This document shows positions 9,751-20,291 of a stretch of DNA of 64,000 bases, piece after piece. Both the position numbers and the translations under genes were made by a program. Numbering within the stretch: position 1 is the first letter of the stretch; every line of letters begins with the position of its first letter. Source of the stretch: Candidatus Omnitrophota bacterium (GTDB taxonomy: Bacteria; Omnitrophota; Gorgyraeia; Zapsychrales; JANLHA01); assembly GCA_963662715.1 (NCBI GenBank), contig OY759724.1, positions 1,690,662 to 1,754,661 on the forward strand. Reading direction: 5' to 3'. The notes under the pieces are model-generated. The model was not told where the DNA came from and did not search any database. It was given only the letters and a program-made list of their open reading frames with translations.

Positions 9751-11190
9751 TTATAAGGACGGGTGTCCTGTGCCCTGGTCAGAAAAATACAGTTTTGTGT
9801 TTTTCCACGCAGACTTGACATGGTTCACGAATTGTTCCCAGAGATAAGATTGCCACCGTTCTTTGAATTCCAGCTTTTGAACGAGATTGTCAAGGTTGTA
9901 TATCTCTTCGGATTTTATAAACCCGTTATTATAATAGCTCCGGATAAGCCCGTGTAGTTTCCCTGATTTAAATGTCCCTTCCTGGAGAACCGCGCCATCT
10001 TCATAATACATTTTGTAAGGCCCTTCAAGCTGCCCGTCTTTAAAAGTGAATTGGACTTTAGGGTCCCCTTTCGGGTAATATTCCCAAACCACCCCGACAA
10101 CCTTGTCTTCATTGAAAGTCTTAACATAATGAAGATATCCATCGGTATAATACTCCTTGACCACGCCCTGCAGAAGGTCTGTTTTGTATTCCCCTTCGCG
10201 TTTAAGAACTCCGGTAACATAATATTCTTTGAAGGGGCCTTCCAGGTGCCCGTTGACGTAAGAGGCCTCCCGTGTCAGTTGTCCTTTCTTGTGGTATTCC
10301 AGCATCAGCCCGTTCAGGATGCCCTGCTCATAATTCACGTAGAGTTTCAGTTTGCCATTAGGGTAGTAAAACTTCCTTTCTCCGTGAATTTTTTCGTTTA
10401 GAATTTTTGTCTCTTCTTTCAGGGCGAAATTTTTATGAAAAATTTTGTATCCCTTCAACTCGCCGTTATCATAAATCATCTGCATGTAAATTTGCCCTTT
10501 TTCATCAACAACCTTGGCATCACCCTGCAGGACATTTTTCTGATAATTATAATAGTCCGTATCGCCGCTGTGATAATACCTGTTCTCTGAGCCGGTTTTT
10601 TCCCCGTTTCTGTAGCGGACCTTAAGCTTGGGCGTGCCATCCGGAAAATATTCTATGTAGACGCCATTAAGGACGCCTTTGCTGTAAAAACTTTCGATTT
10701 GCAGTTTCCCGTTGTCATAATATTCTTTCATGCTGCCGAATTTTTCTCCGTTTTTATAGCTGGTTTCCATCTTGAGAAAACCATTTTCATAATATTCCTT
10801 GTAAAAACCATCCAGGACGCCGTACTTGTATTCAGCTAATAATATGATCTGGGTGTTGGGGGCCGACTTCTTCATTGTCCCGTGCAGGACATCGTTCATG
10901 TATTCCCGGGACTCTTTGATTTGTCCATTTTCATAGTATGTGTTAAATCTTCCGTGTTTTTTCCCTTCGGAATAGTGAGAGACGTTTTTAAGGTTCCCGT
11001 TTTCGTAGTATTCGACAAAACGGCTGTTTTTTTTGCCGTCGGTGTATTTCCCTCTTTTCCAGACTTCCCCGTTGTCGAAATACACCGTATACCAGCCGTT
11101 AGGGGGGGCTTTATCTTCTGCTTTGAGAGCGGACGGCCCTGAGAGAAGGAGGATTAAGAGGATTGTCCATTGAACGGTCTTGGGTTTCAT
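9751..11190 (-). CDS. secreted MORN-variant (YwqK-like) repeat protein
   Basis: Signal peptide followed by about 18 tandem approximately 23-aa repeats of form YYxNGxLK...Y.NGK.HG. Confidence 0.65.
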   Translation of the reverse strand: MKPKTVQWTILLILLLSGPSALKAEDKAPPNGWYTVYFDNGEVWKRGKYTDGKKNSRFVEYYENGNLKNVSHYSEGKKHGRFNTYYENGQIKESREYMNDVLHGTMKKSAPNTQIILLAEYKYGVLDGFYKEYYENGFLKMETSYKNGEKFGSMKEYYDNGKLQIESFYSKGVLNGVYIEYFPDGTPKLKVRYRNGEKTGSENRYYHSGDTDYYNYQKNVLQGDAKVVDEKGQIYMQMIYDNGELKGYKIFHKNFALKEETKILNEKIHGERKFYYPNGKLKLYVNYEQGILNGLMLEYHKKGQLTREASYVNGHLEGPFKEYYVTGVLKREGEYKTDLLQGVVKEYYTDGYLHYVKTFNEDKVVGVVWEYYPKGDPKVQFTFKDGQLEGPYKMYYEDGAVLQEGTFKSGKLHGLIRSYYNNGFIKSEEIYNLDNLVQKLEFKERWQSYLWEQFVNHVKSAWKNTKLYFSDQGTGHPSL

Positions 11191-11193
11191 GGT

Positions 11194-12735
11194 TTATTTT
11201 CCGAGTGATAACGGGCCGGCGGTTAAACTGTCCCCTTGGATATTGTCTGTCTTAAATTCTTTAAGCAGACGGTAGAATTCTTTATAATAGCGTTTGATAT
11301 GACGGAAATATTGGTAAATTAATGAAATTTTGGGCTCCAACGGTTCCAGCTCCAAGACGATTTCCTTCATGACCTCATCCTGACTCATGTCCAGAGTCTC
11401 CTTGAACTGGTCCTTCAGCATTTCATGAAACTGCCGGAAGATATTGCTTTCGCTGAAAGGCATCTGATTGAACGTGTCTTGAAAGTATTTATGGACATGT
11501 TCTTTCTTGGAAAGAGCCGATTGAATGCATTCTGATTCATAGTGCTTTTGAGTGATCAGCATGGCCCGCCGTTTCCGGGCCGGGGTGAGGAAATTGTCTA
11601 ATTGAGCGAACTGTTCTGAAATGATCTGCAGAAAGAATTTATAGGGAAACTGAGTAAACCCCACGATGCCTTGTTGTGTTTTTCCCCGCTGGAGTTTCAG
11701 CAGGACATTGTCCATTTGCGCGAACGAATCGGAAAATATCTGGTAGCTGGGAAGAATAAGCTCGCTGTACAGTTTGTCCCGGCCGGAGAAAGGGGCCAGT
11801 TCATAGGTTATGAGGGCTTTAAACTCTTTAAGGTTTAAAGAATATAATAAAGGCAATCCGACGGCCAGCACCCTTTGTTTAATCAGGCCGTTGAAAGTGT
11901 TCAGATTGCTTTTGCGGACGATAACTTTAGGTTCTGCGTGCAGGATCAGAGTCTCGGGCGCAGGTATGCGAAGCACGATGCAAATTTCGTTGATGATTTG
12001 TTTGAGCCTGGGGTTCGTTTCGAGATTAATCACCAGACCCGGCTGAATGGGGGGGTCAAGGACAAAGGTCGTGTGTATCGTTTGGGTCGTGATCAAGATG
12101 CATATGGTTTGAATCAAGATAATAAAAATCCATATCAGTTGAGGCATGTCCGGACTGTTCTGCGCTAATAAAAGGAGCCATAAGGCGAAGCAGAGAGGGG
12201 ATAATATGAAAATAATAAAGCTTAAATAAACCATGGGGAAAGAGAGGATCGAAAACAGGAAGAGGAACAGGGAGATTTTATGCGATGCACTTGGGTCGAC
12301 CAGGATCTCTTCCGTGTCGTGGCGGATGTTCATGTCATCGCTGGATGAAGACATGGCGATATAGAGTCCTAAAAAGGCCCCGATCGCCGTGACACAGAGC
12401 CGCATCATGCTTTCGGTGAGTTCCAGAAGTTCCTGAGTGTTGCGAAAGATATCGAAATATAAGATCGCCAGAAAAAGCAGGCTTATAAAAAAAGTCCCGG
12501 CCAGCATTTTCAGCCTCTTTTTAACAAAAAGAAGGCTTAGCCATATAGCCGGAACGATCGAAACGGCATCGACCAGAATAAACTCGACCCCTGGAATTTT
12601 TTCCACGCGTAACCAGCTGGTAAAGTTGTCCAGGGAATTGACGAAGAAAAGGTAGATCAAGGCAAAGATGCAGGCAGAGAACGAGAGAGAAAGAAAGTCC
12701 AAGAATGAAAGCTGTTTATTGGCTTGTGGATTCAT
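11194..12735 (-). CDS. hypothetical polytopic membrane protein with C-terminal soluble domain
   Basis: Multiple hydrophobic helices in N-terminal half; no confident family assignment. Confidence 0.45.
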   Translation of the reverse strand: MNPQANKQLSFLDFLSLSFSACIFALIYLFFVNSLDNFTSWLRVEKIPGVEFILVDAVSIVPAIWLSLLFVKKRLKMLAGTFFISLLFLAILYFDIFRNTQELLELTESMMRLCVTAIGAFLGLYIAMSSSSDDMNIRHDTEEILVDPSASHKISLFLFLFSILSFPMVYLSFIIFILSPLCFALWLLLLAQNSPDMPQLIWIFIILIQTICILITTQTIHTTFVLDPPIQPGLVINLETNPRLKQIINEICIVLRIPAPETLILHAEPKVIVRKSNLNTFNGLIKQRVLAVGLPLLYSLNLKEFKALITYELAPFSGRDKLYSELILPSYQIFSDSFAQMDNVLLKLQRGKTQQGIVGFTQFPYKFFLQIISEQFAQLDNFLTPARKRRAMLITQKHYESECIQSALSKKEHVHKYFQDTFNQMPFSESNIFRQFHEMLKDQFKETLDMSQDEVMKEIVLELEPLEPKISLIYQYFRHIKRYYKEFYRLLKEFKTDNIQGDSLTAGPLSLGK

Positions 12736-12995
12736 CGAAATATAAATCTCTGGGTTGCCAAGGAAGTAATTTCCCCAAAATGAAAAACGTTGTTATAATA
12801 GAATTTTCTTGAGAGCCGTTTCCTGCACATGCATCCGCAGGGGGGTAAGACTTCTCTATATTATACAATAATAATGCTATTATGTAATAGGGTTTATTAA
12901 AACTCTGGCATCATTAAATTTATATTATATCAGGAAGAGTTTTTTTCGCCGGTTTTCCCAGAAGGCGAAATGATTATTTTAAAAAAGGCTGCACC

Positions 12996-13775
12996 ATGAT
13001 GCTTGAAAAAGATATGATGAAAACTTCCGGAGCCCGGCTGTCCCGGACAGGCCAAAGGATTTCTTCTAAAATCGGCAAGGCGATAGGAGATTATCAGCTG
13101 ATTGAGGAAGGAGATAAAATTCTCGTGGCGGTTTCCGGGGGAAAAGACAGCCTGACGATGTTGCATTTGCTGAAGGCCAGACAGAACTGGTCTCCCGTGT
13201 ATTTTGAAATTAAAGTGGCGCATATCAAGCCTGACATGTCTTGCGGAACAGGATGCCCGGAGGCAGAGATGAAGAATCTCCTGGAGAGAATCGGCGTGCC
13301 TTTTTATTTGCGGGATATTCAGGTGTTGAATGATGAGCAGCGGACAAACTGTTTTTGGTGTTCCTGGAACAGACGCAAGGCTTTGTTTGAGTTGGCGGAG
13401 GAAGCCGGCTGTAATAAGATCGCTCTGGGCCATCATAAGGATGATATCATCGAGACAATTCTGCTGAATTTATTCTATAAGGGGGAGATATCGACTATGC
13501 AGCCCCGGCAGGTTATGTTTAAAGGACAATGTGTCCTTATCCGGCCGCTGTGCTACGTTGAGGAATATATGACACGCAAGTTCGCGCAGGAGAACGGGTT
13601 CCCTTCCCATCGCAGCGAATGTGCTTTCGGCCAGAACACCAAAAGGCAAAAGATGAAGCAGCTTATTCTTGATCTTCAGAAAGACACCCGGGGGACCAAT
13701 ATTAAGACAAATATTTTTAACAGTGTGGCCAGAGTGAATGCCGAATATATTTCGTTAAAGGAAGAAGATGCCTGA
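12996..13775 (+). CDS. ttcA: tRNA 2-thiocytidine(32) synthetase TtcA (PP-loop ATPase)
   Basis: SGGKDS PP-loop, ALGHHKDDIIETILLNLFY block matching TtcA, paired Cys motifs. Confidence 0.75.
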   Translation: MMLEKDMMKTSGARLSRTGQRISSKIGKAIGDYQLIEEGDKILVAVSGGKDSLTMLHLLKARQNWSPVYFEIKVAHIKPDMSCGTGCPEAEMKNLLERIGVPFYLRDIQVLNDEQRTNCFWCSWNRRKALFELAEEAGCNKIALGHHKDDIIETILLNLFYKGEISTMQPRQVMFKGQCVLIRPLCYVEEYMTRKFAQENGFPSHRSECAFGQNTKRQKMKQLILDLQKDTRGTNIKTNIFNSVARVNAEYISLKEEDA

Positions 13776-13849
13776 TGTGGCCGGCCGTGCGGTGTTTCAT
13801 GAGGATGTCTTCGTAAAATTTATTAATAATAACGATATAGGAGTTTTAG

Positions 13850-14911
13850 ATGAAAGCTCAAAAGGATCATTACGCGGTCATCCTGGCCGGCGGTTCCGGC
13901 ACCCGTTTCTGGCCGTTGAGCCGTCAGCAAAGGCCAAAACAATTTTTGAATATTGTCGACAGCCAGACATTATTTCAAAAGACGGTTGAAAGGGTCCGTC
14001 CGTTAATTCCCCCGGATCGTATTTATATCGTCACGGGATCGGGATACAAAAAAATGATCCGGCAGCAATGCCGGTCCTATAATATCCCCGGAGAGAATAT
14101 CCTTCTGGAACCCAGCGGAAAGAACACCGCCCCGGCTATTCTGTGGGCTGCGGCAACGCTTTTTCGCAGGAACCCTCATTCGGTTATGGCGGTTTTGCCG
14201 GCCGATCATTTAATCCTGAAGCCGCAGGCTTTCCGGAAGCATTTGAAAGAAGCTTTTCGTCTGGCGGACCGCCAGTACCTGGTGACGATGGGGATCGTCC
14301 CTCACCGCCCGGAAACAGGCTATGGATATATGAAGTGCCGGAAGGACAGTCGCAGCCGGCCGGTTCTCTGGCCGGTTGATAAGTTTGTCGAGAAGCCGGA
14401 TTTGCCCAAGGCCCGGCGTTATCTGAAAGAAAAGAAATATTTCTGGAACAGCGGCATTTTTATCTGGCGGACGGATAACATCCTGACGGAATATTCCGTT
14501 CATTTGCCGGAAGCCTATCATCTTTTGTTCAATAAATCAAACCGGCAGGTTCTGAAATCCTGGTCTGCTTTGCCGAACATTTCTGTTGATTATGCTATTC
14601 TGGAGAAAGCGGATCGCGTCGTATGTATCCCGGCCGCTGATATGGAATGGTCTGATTTGGGGAGCTGGGAAGCTCTTTTTGATGTTCTGCCCAAGGATAA
14701 AAACGGCAACCACAGCTCCGGGAACATTCTTCAGCTGGACTGCCGCAATACTTTTGTGCGCTCCGAGACCTGTCAGGTCGCGGCTATCGGCTTAGAGAAC
14801 ATTGCTGTGGTTGTTACCGGCGACGCTGTTCTTGTCTGCCGCACTCAGGATTCGCAGAAAGTCCGGACTGTCGTGGATATTCTTAAGAAGAAAAACCGAA
14901 AGATCGTTTGA
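13850..14911 (+). CDS. manC: mannose-1-phosphate guanylyltransferase (GMP domain only)
   Basis: AVILAGGSGTRFWPLSRQQRPKQFL matches ManC/CpsB N-terminus; no C-terminal PMI cupin. Confidence 0.7.
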   Translation: MKAQKDHYAVILAGGSGTRFWPLSRQQRPKQFLNIVDSQTLFQKTVERVRPLIPPDRIYIVTGSGYKKMIRQQCRSYNIPGENILLEPSGKNTAPAILWAAATLFRRNPHSVMAVLPADHLILKPQAFRKHLKEAFRLADRQYLVTMGIVPHRPETGYGYMKCRKDSRSRPVLWPVDKFVEKPDLPKARRYLKEKKYFWNSGIFIWRTDNILTEYSVHLPEAYHLLFNKSNRQVLKSWSALPNISVDYAILEKADRVVCIPAADMEWSDLGSWEALFDVLPKDKNGNHSSGNILQLDCRNTFVRSETCQVAAIGLENIAVVVTGDAVLVCRTQDSQKVRTVVDILKKKNRKIV

Positions 14912-14936
14912 CGGGAAGAACTGTTCAAGGCCGCAT

Positions 14937-16043
14937 ATGAAGACGTCCTCTGTGAAAAAAATATTAGTTGTTAATATCTTTGGCATTGGAGATGTGCTTT
15001 TTTCAACACCATTGTTAAGAGATATCAAGGAGACTTTCCCCCGTGTCCAGCTAACCTATTTGGCGAACCGCCGCGGCGCCGAGGTCTTGTCGCAGAATCC
15101 CTGTGTCAACCGCATATTGATTTACGAAAGAGATGAATTTTACGAAGTCTTTAAAAGATCAAAGATTTCTTATGTGCAGAAAATCCTGGAACTGGCACAG
15201 ACGATACGCAACGAACATTGTGATCTGGCTTTTGACCTGTCCCTGAACAGCGGTATGAATTTTTTGTTATGGTTCAGCGGAATCAGAGACATTGTCGGTT
15301 ATAATTACAAAAAGCGCGGATTTTTTCTCACGAAATCATTGCCTTTATCCGGTTTTGAAACTCAGCATGTTGTGGATTATTATCTTGACCTCGGAAAGGT
15401 GATCGGCTGCCAGGGGAAGGCCAGACGTCTGGAGATGCCCGTTGCGATTGAAGATATGAATTGGGTGGAAGGTTTTTTGCGCGACCATCAACTGAAAAAG
15501 AAAGATCGCGTCATTGCCTTTTTCCCGGGCGGGGGGGCCTCCTGGGGCAAAGATTCCGGTTATAAGCAATGGCCTGTTGAAAATTATGGAGCCCTGATAA
15601 ATAAAGTCATTGAAAAATTTTCTGCTAAGGTTATACTGTTGGGTGATTCAAAAGATCATGCTTTATGCCAGGAGATTCTCAGGCAGAAGCCTGCGTCCGT
15701 GATTGATGCCAGCGGCCAGGCGACATTGCTGCAAACGTGCGCGCTTTTAAGCCGGTGTGCTTTGGCTGTTATGAATGACGGTGGTCCGCTGCATATCGCG
15801 GTTGCGGCCCGGATACCCACGGTTTCCGTTTTCGGGCCGGTGAACGAAACCATTTACGGCCCTTATCCGGCAGAAGGCCACGCCGTGGCAACGACCGGCA
15901 TCATCTGCCGGCCGTGTTACCGTTATTTTCGCAGGGCGCAATGTTCCCATGTTCATTGTTTAAAGAAGATAAAGCTTGAGGATGTTTATCAGAAGGTTGA
16001 ACAATTTTTATCTCCCAAAACCGAGAAAGTCCACACGCGTTGA
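14937..16043 (+). CDS. glycosyltransferase family 9 (heptosyltransferase-like)
   Basis: KILVVNIFGIGDVLFSTPLL N-terminal GT9 signature; ORF-track start 14802 trimmed to ATG 14937. Confidence 0.65.
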   Translation: MKTSSVKKILVVNIFGIGDVLFSTPLLRDIKETFPRVQLTYLANRRGAEVLSQNPCVNRILIYERDEFYEVFKRSKISYVQKILELAQTIRNEHCDLAFDLSLNSGMNFLLWFSGIRDIVGYNYKKRGFFLTKSLPLSGFETQHVVDYYLDLGKVIGCQGKARRLEMPVAIEDMNWVEGFLRDHQLKKKDRVIAFFPGGGASWGKDSGYKQWPVENYGALINKVIEKFSAKVILLGDSKDHALCQEILRQKPASVIDASGQATLLQTCALLSRCALAVMNDGGPLHIAVAARIPTVSVFGPVNETIYGPYPAEGHAVATTGIICRPCYRYFRRAQCSHVHCLKKIKLEDVYQKVEQFLSPKTEKVHTR

Positions 16044-16091
16044 GTTAAACGCGTGACCGTAGACTCATTGCAAGAGAAAGGCAGGATATTC

Positions 16092-17192
16092 ATGAAGGTA
16101 CCGTTTATTGATTTTTCCGGACAATACGAAACGATTCAGGATGAAATTGATGTGAATTTAAAGGCCGTCTTTAAAAAAGGCAATTTTATTTTAGGCGAGG
16201 AGGAGAAGAATTTTGAAGCAGATTTTGCCGGATATTGCGAGGCTCAGTATGCCGTTGGCGTTAATTCCGGTACGGACGCTTTGTATTTAGCCATGGCCGC
16301 TTTAGGCGTTGATGCCGGGGATGAAGTTATCCTCCCGACGCACACGTTTATTGCCACGGCTCTGTGTATATCTTACACGGGGGCTACCCCGGTATTTGTT
16401 GATATAGAAGAAGATACGTATAATATGGACCCGGAAGCCTTGCAAAAAGCCATTACGGATAAAACCAAGGCGATCATTCCGGTTCATATCTACGGCCAAG
16501 CCGCCAACATGGACAAGATCAACGAAATTGCCCAGGCTAAGGGGATAAAGGTGGTGGAGGATGCCGCGCAGGCTCATGGGGCGCGTTATAAAGAAAAAAG
16601 AATCGGCTCTTTGGGGGACATCGCCTGTTTCAGTTTTTATCCGACCAAAAGTCTGGGGGCTTTCGGTGACGGGGGTATTGTTGTGACAGACAATGAAGAA
16701 TATTATAAAAAATTATTGATGCTGAGGGATTACGGGCGGGAAGGCCGGTATGAACATAAAGTTAAAGGCTATAATTCGCGTTTGGATACTGTGCAGGCTG
16801 TTATTTTGGCGGCTAAGCTTAAGCATTTAGATCAATGGAATCAAATGCGGAACACAGTGTCAGCGTATTATGCTGAATGCCTTAAAGATACAGCAGATGT
16901 TATTACTCCGGTTATCCTTCCGGACCGGACACATGTCTTCCAAACGTATGCCATAAGAGTCAAAAACCGGGATAAGGTCTTGGAAGAATTAAAACAGAGA
17001 GACGTGGGTGTTTTGATCCATTATCCGATTCCTGTACACCTTCAGGAAGCCTATGACGATGCAGGCTATAAAAAAGGCGATTTCCCTGTTGCCGAAAAAG
17101 TCGCGGACGAGATTCTGTCTTTACCCATGTTCCCGCATATGACAAAGGAGCAGGTGTCTTACGTATGCCAGTGTCTGAAAGACATTGTTTAA
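16092..17192 (+). CDS. DegT/DnrJ/EryC1/StrS-family PLP-dependent sugar aminotransferase (second copy)
   Basis: Paralogous to 1115..2335; start trimmed to MKVPFIDF. Confidence 0.7.
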   Translation: MKVPFIDFSGQYETIQDEIDVNLKAVFKKGNFILGEEEKNFEADFAGYCEAQYAVGVNSGTDALYLAMAALGVDAGDEVILPTHTFIATALCISYTGATPVFVDIEEDTYNMDPEALQKAITDKTKAIIPVHIYGQAANMDKINEIAQAKGIKVVEDAAQAHGARYKEKRIGSLGDIACFSFYPTKSLGAFGDGGIVVTDNEEYYKKLLMLRDYGREGRYEHKVKGYNSRLDTVQAVILAAKLKHLDQWNQMRNTVSAYYAECLKDTADVITPVILPDRTHVFQTYAIRVKNRDKVLEELKQRDVGVLIHYPIPVHLQEAYDDAGYKKGDFPVAEKVADEILSLPMFPHMTKEQVSYVCQCLKDIV

Positions 17193-17441
17193 AAGACTGG
17201 CCCGCGGGGCAAGAGCCGGCGATTTTCTGTAAAACTTTTTGTGTCAAAAACTAAGGCTATCGGGACGCCGGACAAAGAATTCCTGCCGTAAGAAAAGTGC
17301 CTTCCGGTTCGAGATAAATTCATTTTGACCCAAACCGTTTTTATTTTTTCTGTGTTTTAACGGTCTTCCCGTGTTTCAGTTCCGTCCTCAACCCCACTTT
17401 TTTCCCCTTCAGAAGATGCATTAAAAAAAACGCTATTTGCA

Positions 17442-17470
17442 TTGATTCTCATTCTTCCGTTTTGTATACT
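17442..17470 (+). promoter_or_regulatory. candidate sigma70 promoter (TTGATT, 17-nt spacer, TATACT)
   Basis: Hexamers 21 nt upstream of ATG 17491 at end of a 300-bp intergenic gap. Confidence 0.3.
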
Positions 17471-17490
17471 TATACAGTGATTTTGTCAAT

Positions 17491-18261
17491 ATGACGCCAA
17501 TTTCATTAACAGTTGTGATTCTTGCAAAAAATGAAGAGGAGTGCATTGGGGACTGCTGTGAAAGCGTATACCAATGGGCTGATGAAATTATCGTTATAGA
17601 TGATTTAAGCACGGATCGCACCGTTGAAATAGCTCAGGCCTATACTCCGCGGATTTTCACCCAGGCTATGCTGAATGAAGGACAGCACCGCAATTGGGCG
17701 TATTCTTTAGCCGCCAATGACTGGGTCTTAAGTTTGGACGCGGATGAAAGGGTTTCGGAAGATCTTAAGAAAGAAATCAGCGAAGTTTTAGCGAAGCCCG
17801 GGAAGGTTAAAGCCTGGTCCATACCCATCAGAACCTATATCGGTGATTATTGGGTAAAGTATTCCGGCTGGTATCCTGCGAGCAAATTAAGGCTTTTTGA
17901 GAAGAATTTTTTTCAATATGAAGAAGTTGAGGTGCATCCGAGAGCCTTTGTTGACGGCCCGACCGGGGAGCTTTCAAAAGATATTTTTCATAAAGGTTAT
18001 CCGGATTTTGAGCATTTTCTGGCAAGTTTGAACCGGCAAACCACGCTGGAAGCCAAGAAGTGGCTTCGTACAGGCGTTCATATGCCGTTAGGAAGGATGG
18101 TGCGCAGAACATTTGACCGCTTTTTGCGCTTGTACTTGCGAAAAAAAGGCTTTAAAGACGGATTTATGGGGTTTATGATTGCTTATTTTGCATCTCTTTA
18201 TCAAATAATGAGTTATGCAAAATATTGGGAAATGAAACGGTCAAGTAAGGAAAAAGTCTAA
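17491..18261 (+). CDS. glycosyltransferase family 2
   Basis: VVILAKNEE ... VIDDLSTD ... LSLDADE GT2 motifs. Confidence 0.65.
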   Translation: MTPISLTVVILAKNEEECIGDCCESVYQWADEIIVIDDLSTDRTVEIAQAYTPRIFTQAMLNEGQHRNWAYSLAANDWVLSLDADERVSEDLKKEISEVLAKPGKVKAWSIPIRTYIGDYWVKYSGWYPASKLRLFEKNFFQYEEVEVHPRAFVDGPTGELSKDIFHKGYPDFEHFLASLNRQTTLEAKKWLRTGVHMPLGRMVRRTFDRFLRLYLRKKGFKDGFMGFMIAYFASLYQIMSYAKYWEMKRSSKEKV

Positions 18262-18283
18262 AGCGAGAGGAAGTGAATGTTTC

Positions 18284-18928
18284 GTGGCAGGTAAAGAATT
18301 GAAAATTGTTTTTCTGGATCGAGATGGCGTTATTAACGTTTTTCCGGGACACGGAAAATATGTGACGAAAGTCAAGGATTTCCATTTTTTGCCCCGGGCC
18401 CTGGATGCTATGAGAATGCTTTCGGATGCCGGATATACCATCTTTGTCGTTTCCAATCAGGCCGGGGTGGGGCGCGGCGTTTTCACTCAAGACAAACTTA
18501 ACCGGATTACCCGCAAAATGTTAAAGGGCGTTGAAAAGGCCGGGGCCAGAATAAAGAAAGTCTATTATTGTACGCATAGACCGGATGCGGGGTGCAGCTG
18601 TCGCAAGCCGGATATCGGATCGGTTCGCCGGGCGCTTAAGTCCGTTGATAAAACCATGGATTCCGCAAGAAGAACATATTTTGTCGGAGACACCAAGCAG
18701 GATATTGAGACCGGCTATAATGCGGGTTGTAAGACAATCTTTGTCCTGTCCGGCCGTGAAAATCGCCGTTATATGAACGGATGGATTGTTAAGCCGGATT
18801 ATATCGTCAAAGATCTTTATGATGCGAGTAAAATTATTTGTGGCTTGAACGGGTTTCAAAAATCAACAAAAGTTTCAAAAAAAGCCTCCGCAATCCAAAA
18901 GAAAAGTAATACCCTGAAAAGGAAATAA
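18284..18928 (+). CDS. gmhB: D,D-heptose 1,7-bisphosphate phosphatase GmhB (HAD) with Lys-rich C-terminal tail
   Basis: FLDRDGVIN HAD motif I, CxHxxxxGCxC zinc motif (CTHRPDAGCSCRKP), GDTKQD motif; GTG start. Confidence 0.65.
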   Translation: MAGKELKIVFLDRDGVINVFPGHGKYVTKVKDFHFLPRALDAMRMLSDAGYTIFVVSNQAGVGRGVFTQDKLNRITRKMLKGVEKAGARIKKVYYCTHRPDAGCSCRKPDIGSVRRALKSVDKTMDSARRTYFVGDTKQDIETGYNAGCKTIFVLSGRENRRYMNGWIVKPDYIVKDLYDASKIICGLNGFQKSTKVSKKASAIQKKSNTLKRK

Positions 18929-18967
18929 CCTCTTTCCAAAATTATCAATAGGAATCCCCGGGGCCAT

Positions 18968-20056
18968 ATGAAAATTTTGGTGATTTATGCTACGGCTGGA
19001 GCAGGGCATCGAAAGGCTGCTGAGGCTATTGCTCAGGGTTTAGCCTGTTGTCCGGACCATCAGGTCCACCTGGTGGACGCCCTTGACTACACCAGCCGTC
19101 TTTATAAATTTGTATATACCCGGACTTATACATTTCTGATCAGCCGGGTTTCCTGGCTGTGGGGTTCCTTATTTTCTATCCTTGATTGGCGTCCTTTGCT
19201 CCCCTTTATCCGCGTTTTACGAAGGATTCAAAACACCGTTCATGCCGGAGCCTTGGCCCGGCTGTTTCTTCAAGAGCAATTTGACGCCATCGTCGCCACT
19301 CATTTTTTCCCCTGCGAAGTGGCGGCCTATTTAAAAAGAAAAGGAGCCATTGCCTCCCGTATAACCTGTGTGATCACGGATTTTGATGTTCATACGATCT
19401 GGTTGAGTGAAGGTGTCGCAACTTATACGGTGGCTTCGGACTGGACAAAGCGTAAAGTTAAAATGCTGGGGGTCAGAGAAGATATTATAGCTGTTACCGG
19501 CATCCCGACGGATTCAAAATTCTCTGAAGATAAAGACATCGGCCCTTTGAAAGCACGGTTAGGGTTAAAACAGGATGTCATGACTGTTCTGATCGCGACC
19601 GGTTCTTTTGGTATTGGCCCTATAGAAGAAATTATCAGCCGGTTGAAGAACCTGCAGCTTATCGTCGTTTGCGGGCATAATCAAGGATTATTTAAGAAAC
19701 TGAACCAGAACAAGAAAGAACTTGTTAAAGTCTGCGGTCTGGTCGACAATATGGATGAGTTGATGGCGGTCTCGGATATTATGGTCACTAAGCCAGGAGG
19801 GTTGTCCATATCCGAGGCCCTGGTGACAGGGCTGCCTCTCGTTTTCTTTAACGCTATCCCGGGACAAGAAGCAAACAATGTCAAAGTTCTTGATACTTAC
19901 GGTGTTGGGCATCTTTGTCCTCAGGTTGATCAGATTGCGCAAATCCTCAATCAGTTCCAAAAGCATCCCGAGACGATGCAGGCGGCCAAGACCCGGGCAC
20001 AGCTCTTGGCCAAACCAGAAGCCGTTAAAGACATCATAAACATTATTGCGGCATAA
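18968..20056 (+). CDS. GT28-family glycosyltransferase (MGDG synthase / UgtP / MurG-like)
   Basis: N-terminal ILVIYATAGAGH and C-terminal MVTKPGG...SEAL blocks typical of MGDG-synthase-like GT28. Confidence 0.6.
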   Translation: MKILVIYATAGAGHRKAAEAIAQGLACCPDHQVHLVDALDYTSRLYKFVYTRTYTFLISRVSWLWGSLFSILDWRPLLPFIRVLRRIQNTVHAGALARLFLQEQFDAIVATHFFPCEVAAYLKRKGAIASRITCVITDFDVHTIWLSEGVATYTVASDWTKRKVKMLGVREDIIAVTGIPTDSKFSEDKDIGPLKARLGLKQDVMTVLIATGSFGIGPIEEIISRLKNLQLIVVCGHNQGLFKKLNQNKKELVKVCGLVDNMDELMAVSDIMVTKPGGLSISEALVTGLPLVFFNAIPGQEANNVKVLDTYGVGHLCPQVDQIAQILNQFQKHPETMQAAKTRAQLLAKPEAVKDIINIIAA

Positions 20057-20291
20057 AAAATTTCCTGCCGGTTTCCTCTCTTTTTATTTTTGTGTTAACA
20101 GGTTTTTAGGATGGGTAAGGTTTTTGTTTTATTTGGCTCCGGTTTGTATTAAAATCTCTAAATGATACAGTTATAGTAATATTAAGAAACACAGGGAATC
20201 CTTCCGTTGAATCCGGTGTTTGTTCCTGTGCGCCGGGAAGCGGGAGGAAGTATTTCCGGCAGAGTTTTAATGATTTTTTACAGGGTAGGAT

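Noticed and set aside
11194-12735. Possible degenerate M48-like peptidase in the membrane protein
   Set aside because: Weak local resemblance (ITYELAPF at HExxH position) only; not enough to call.
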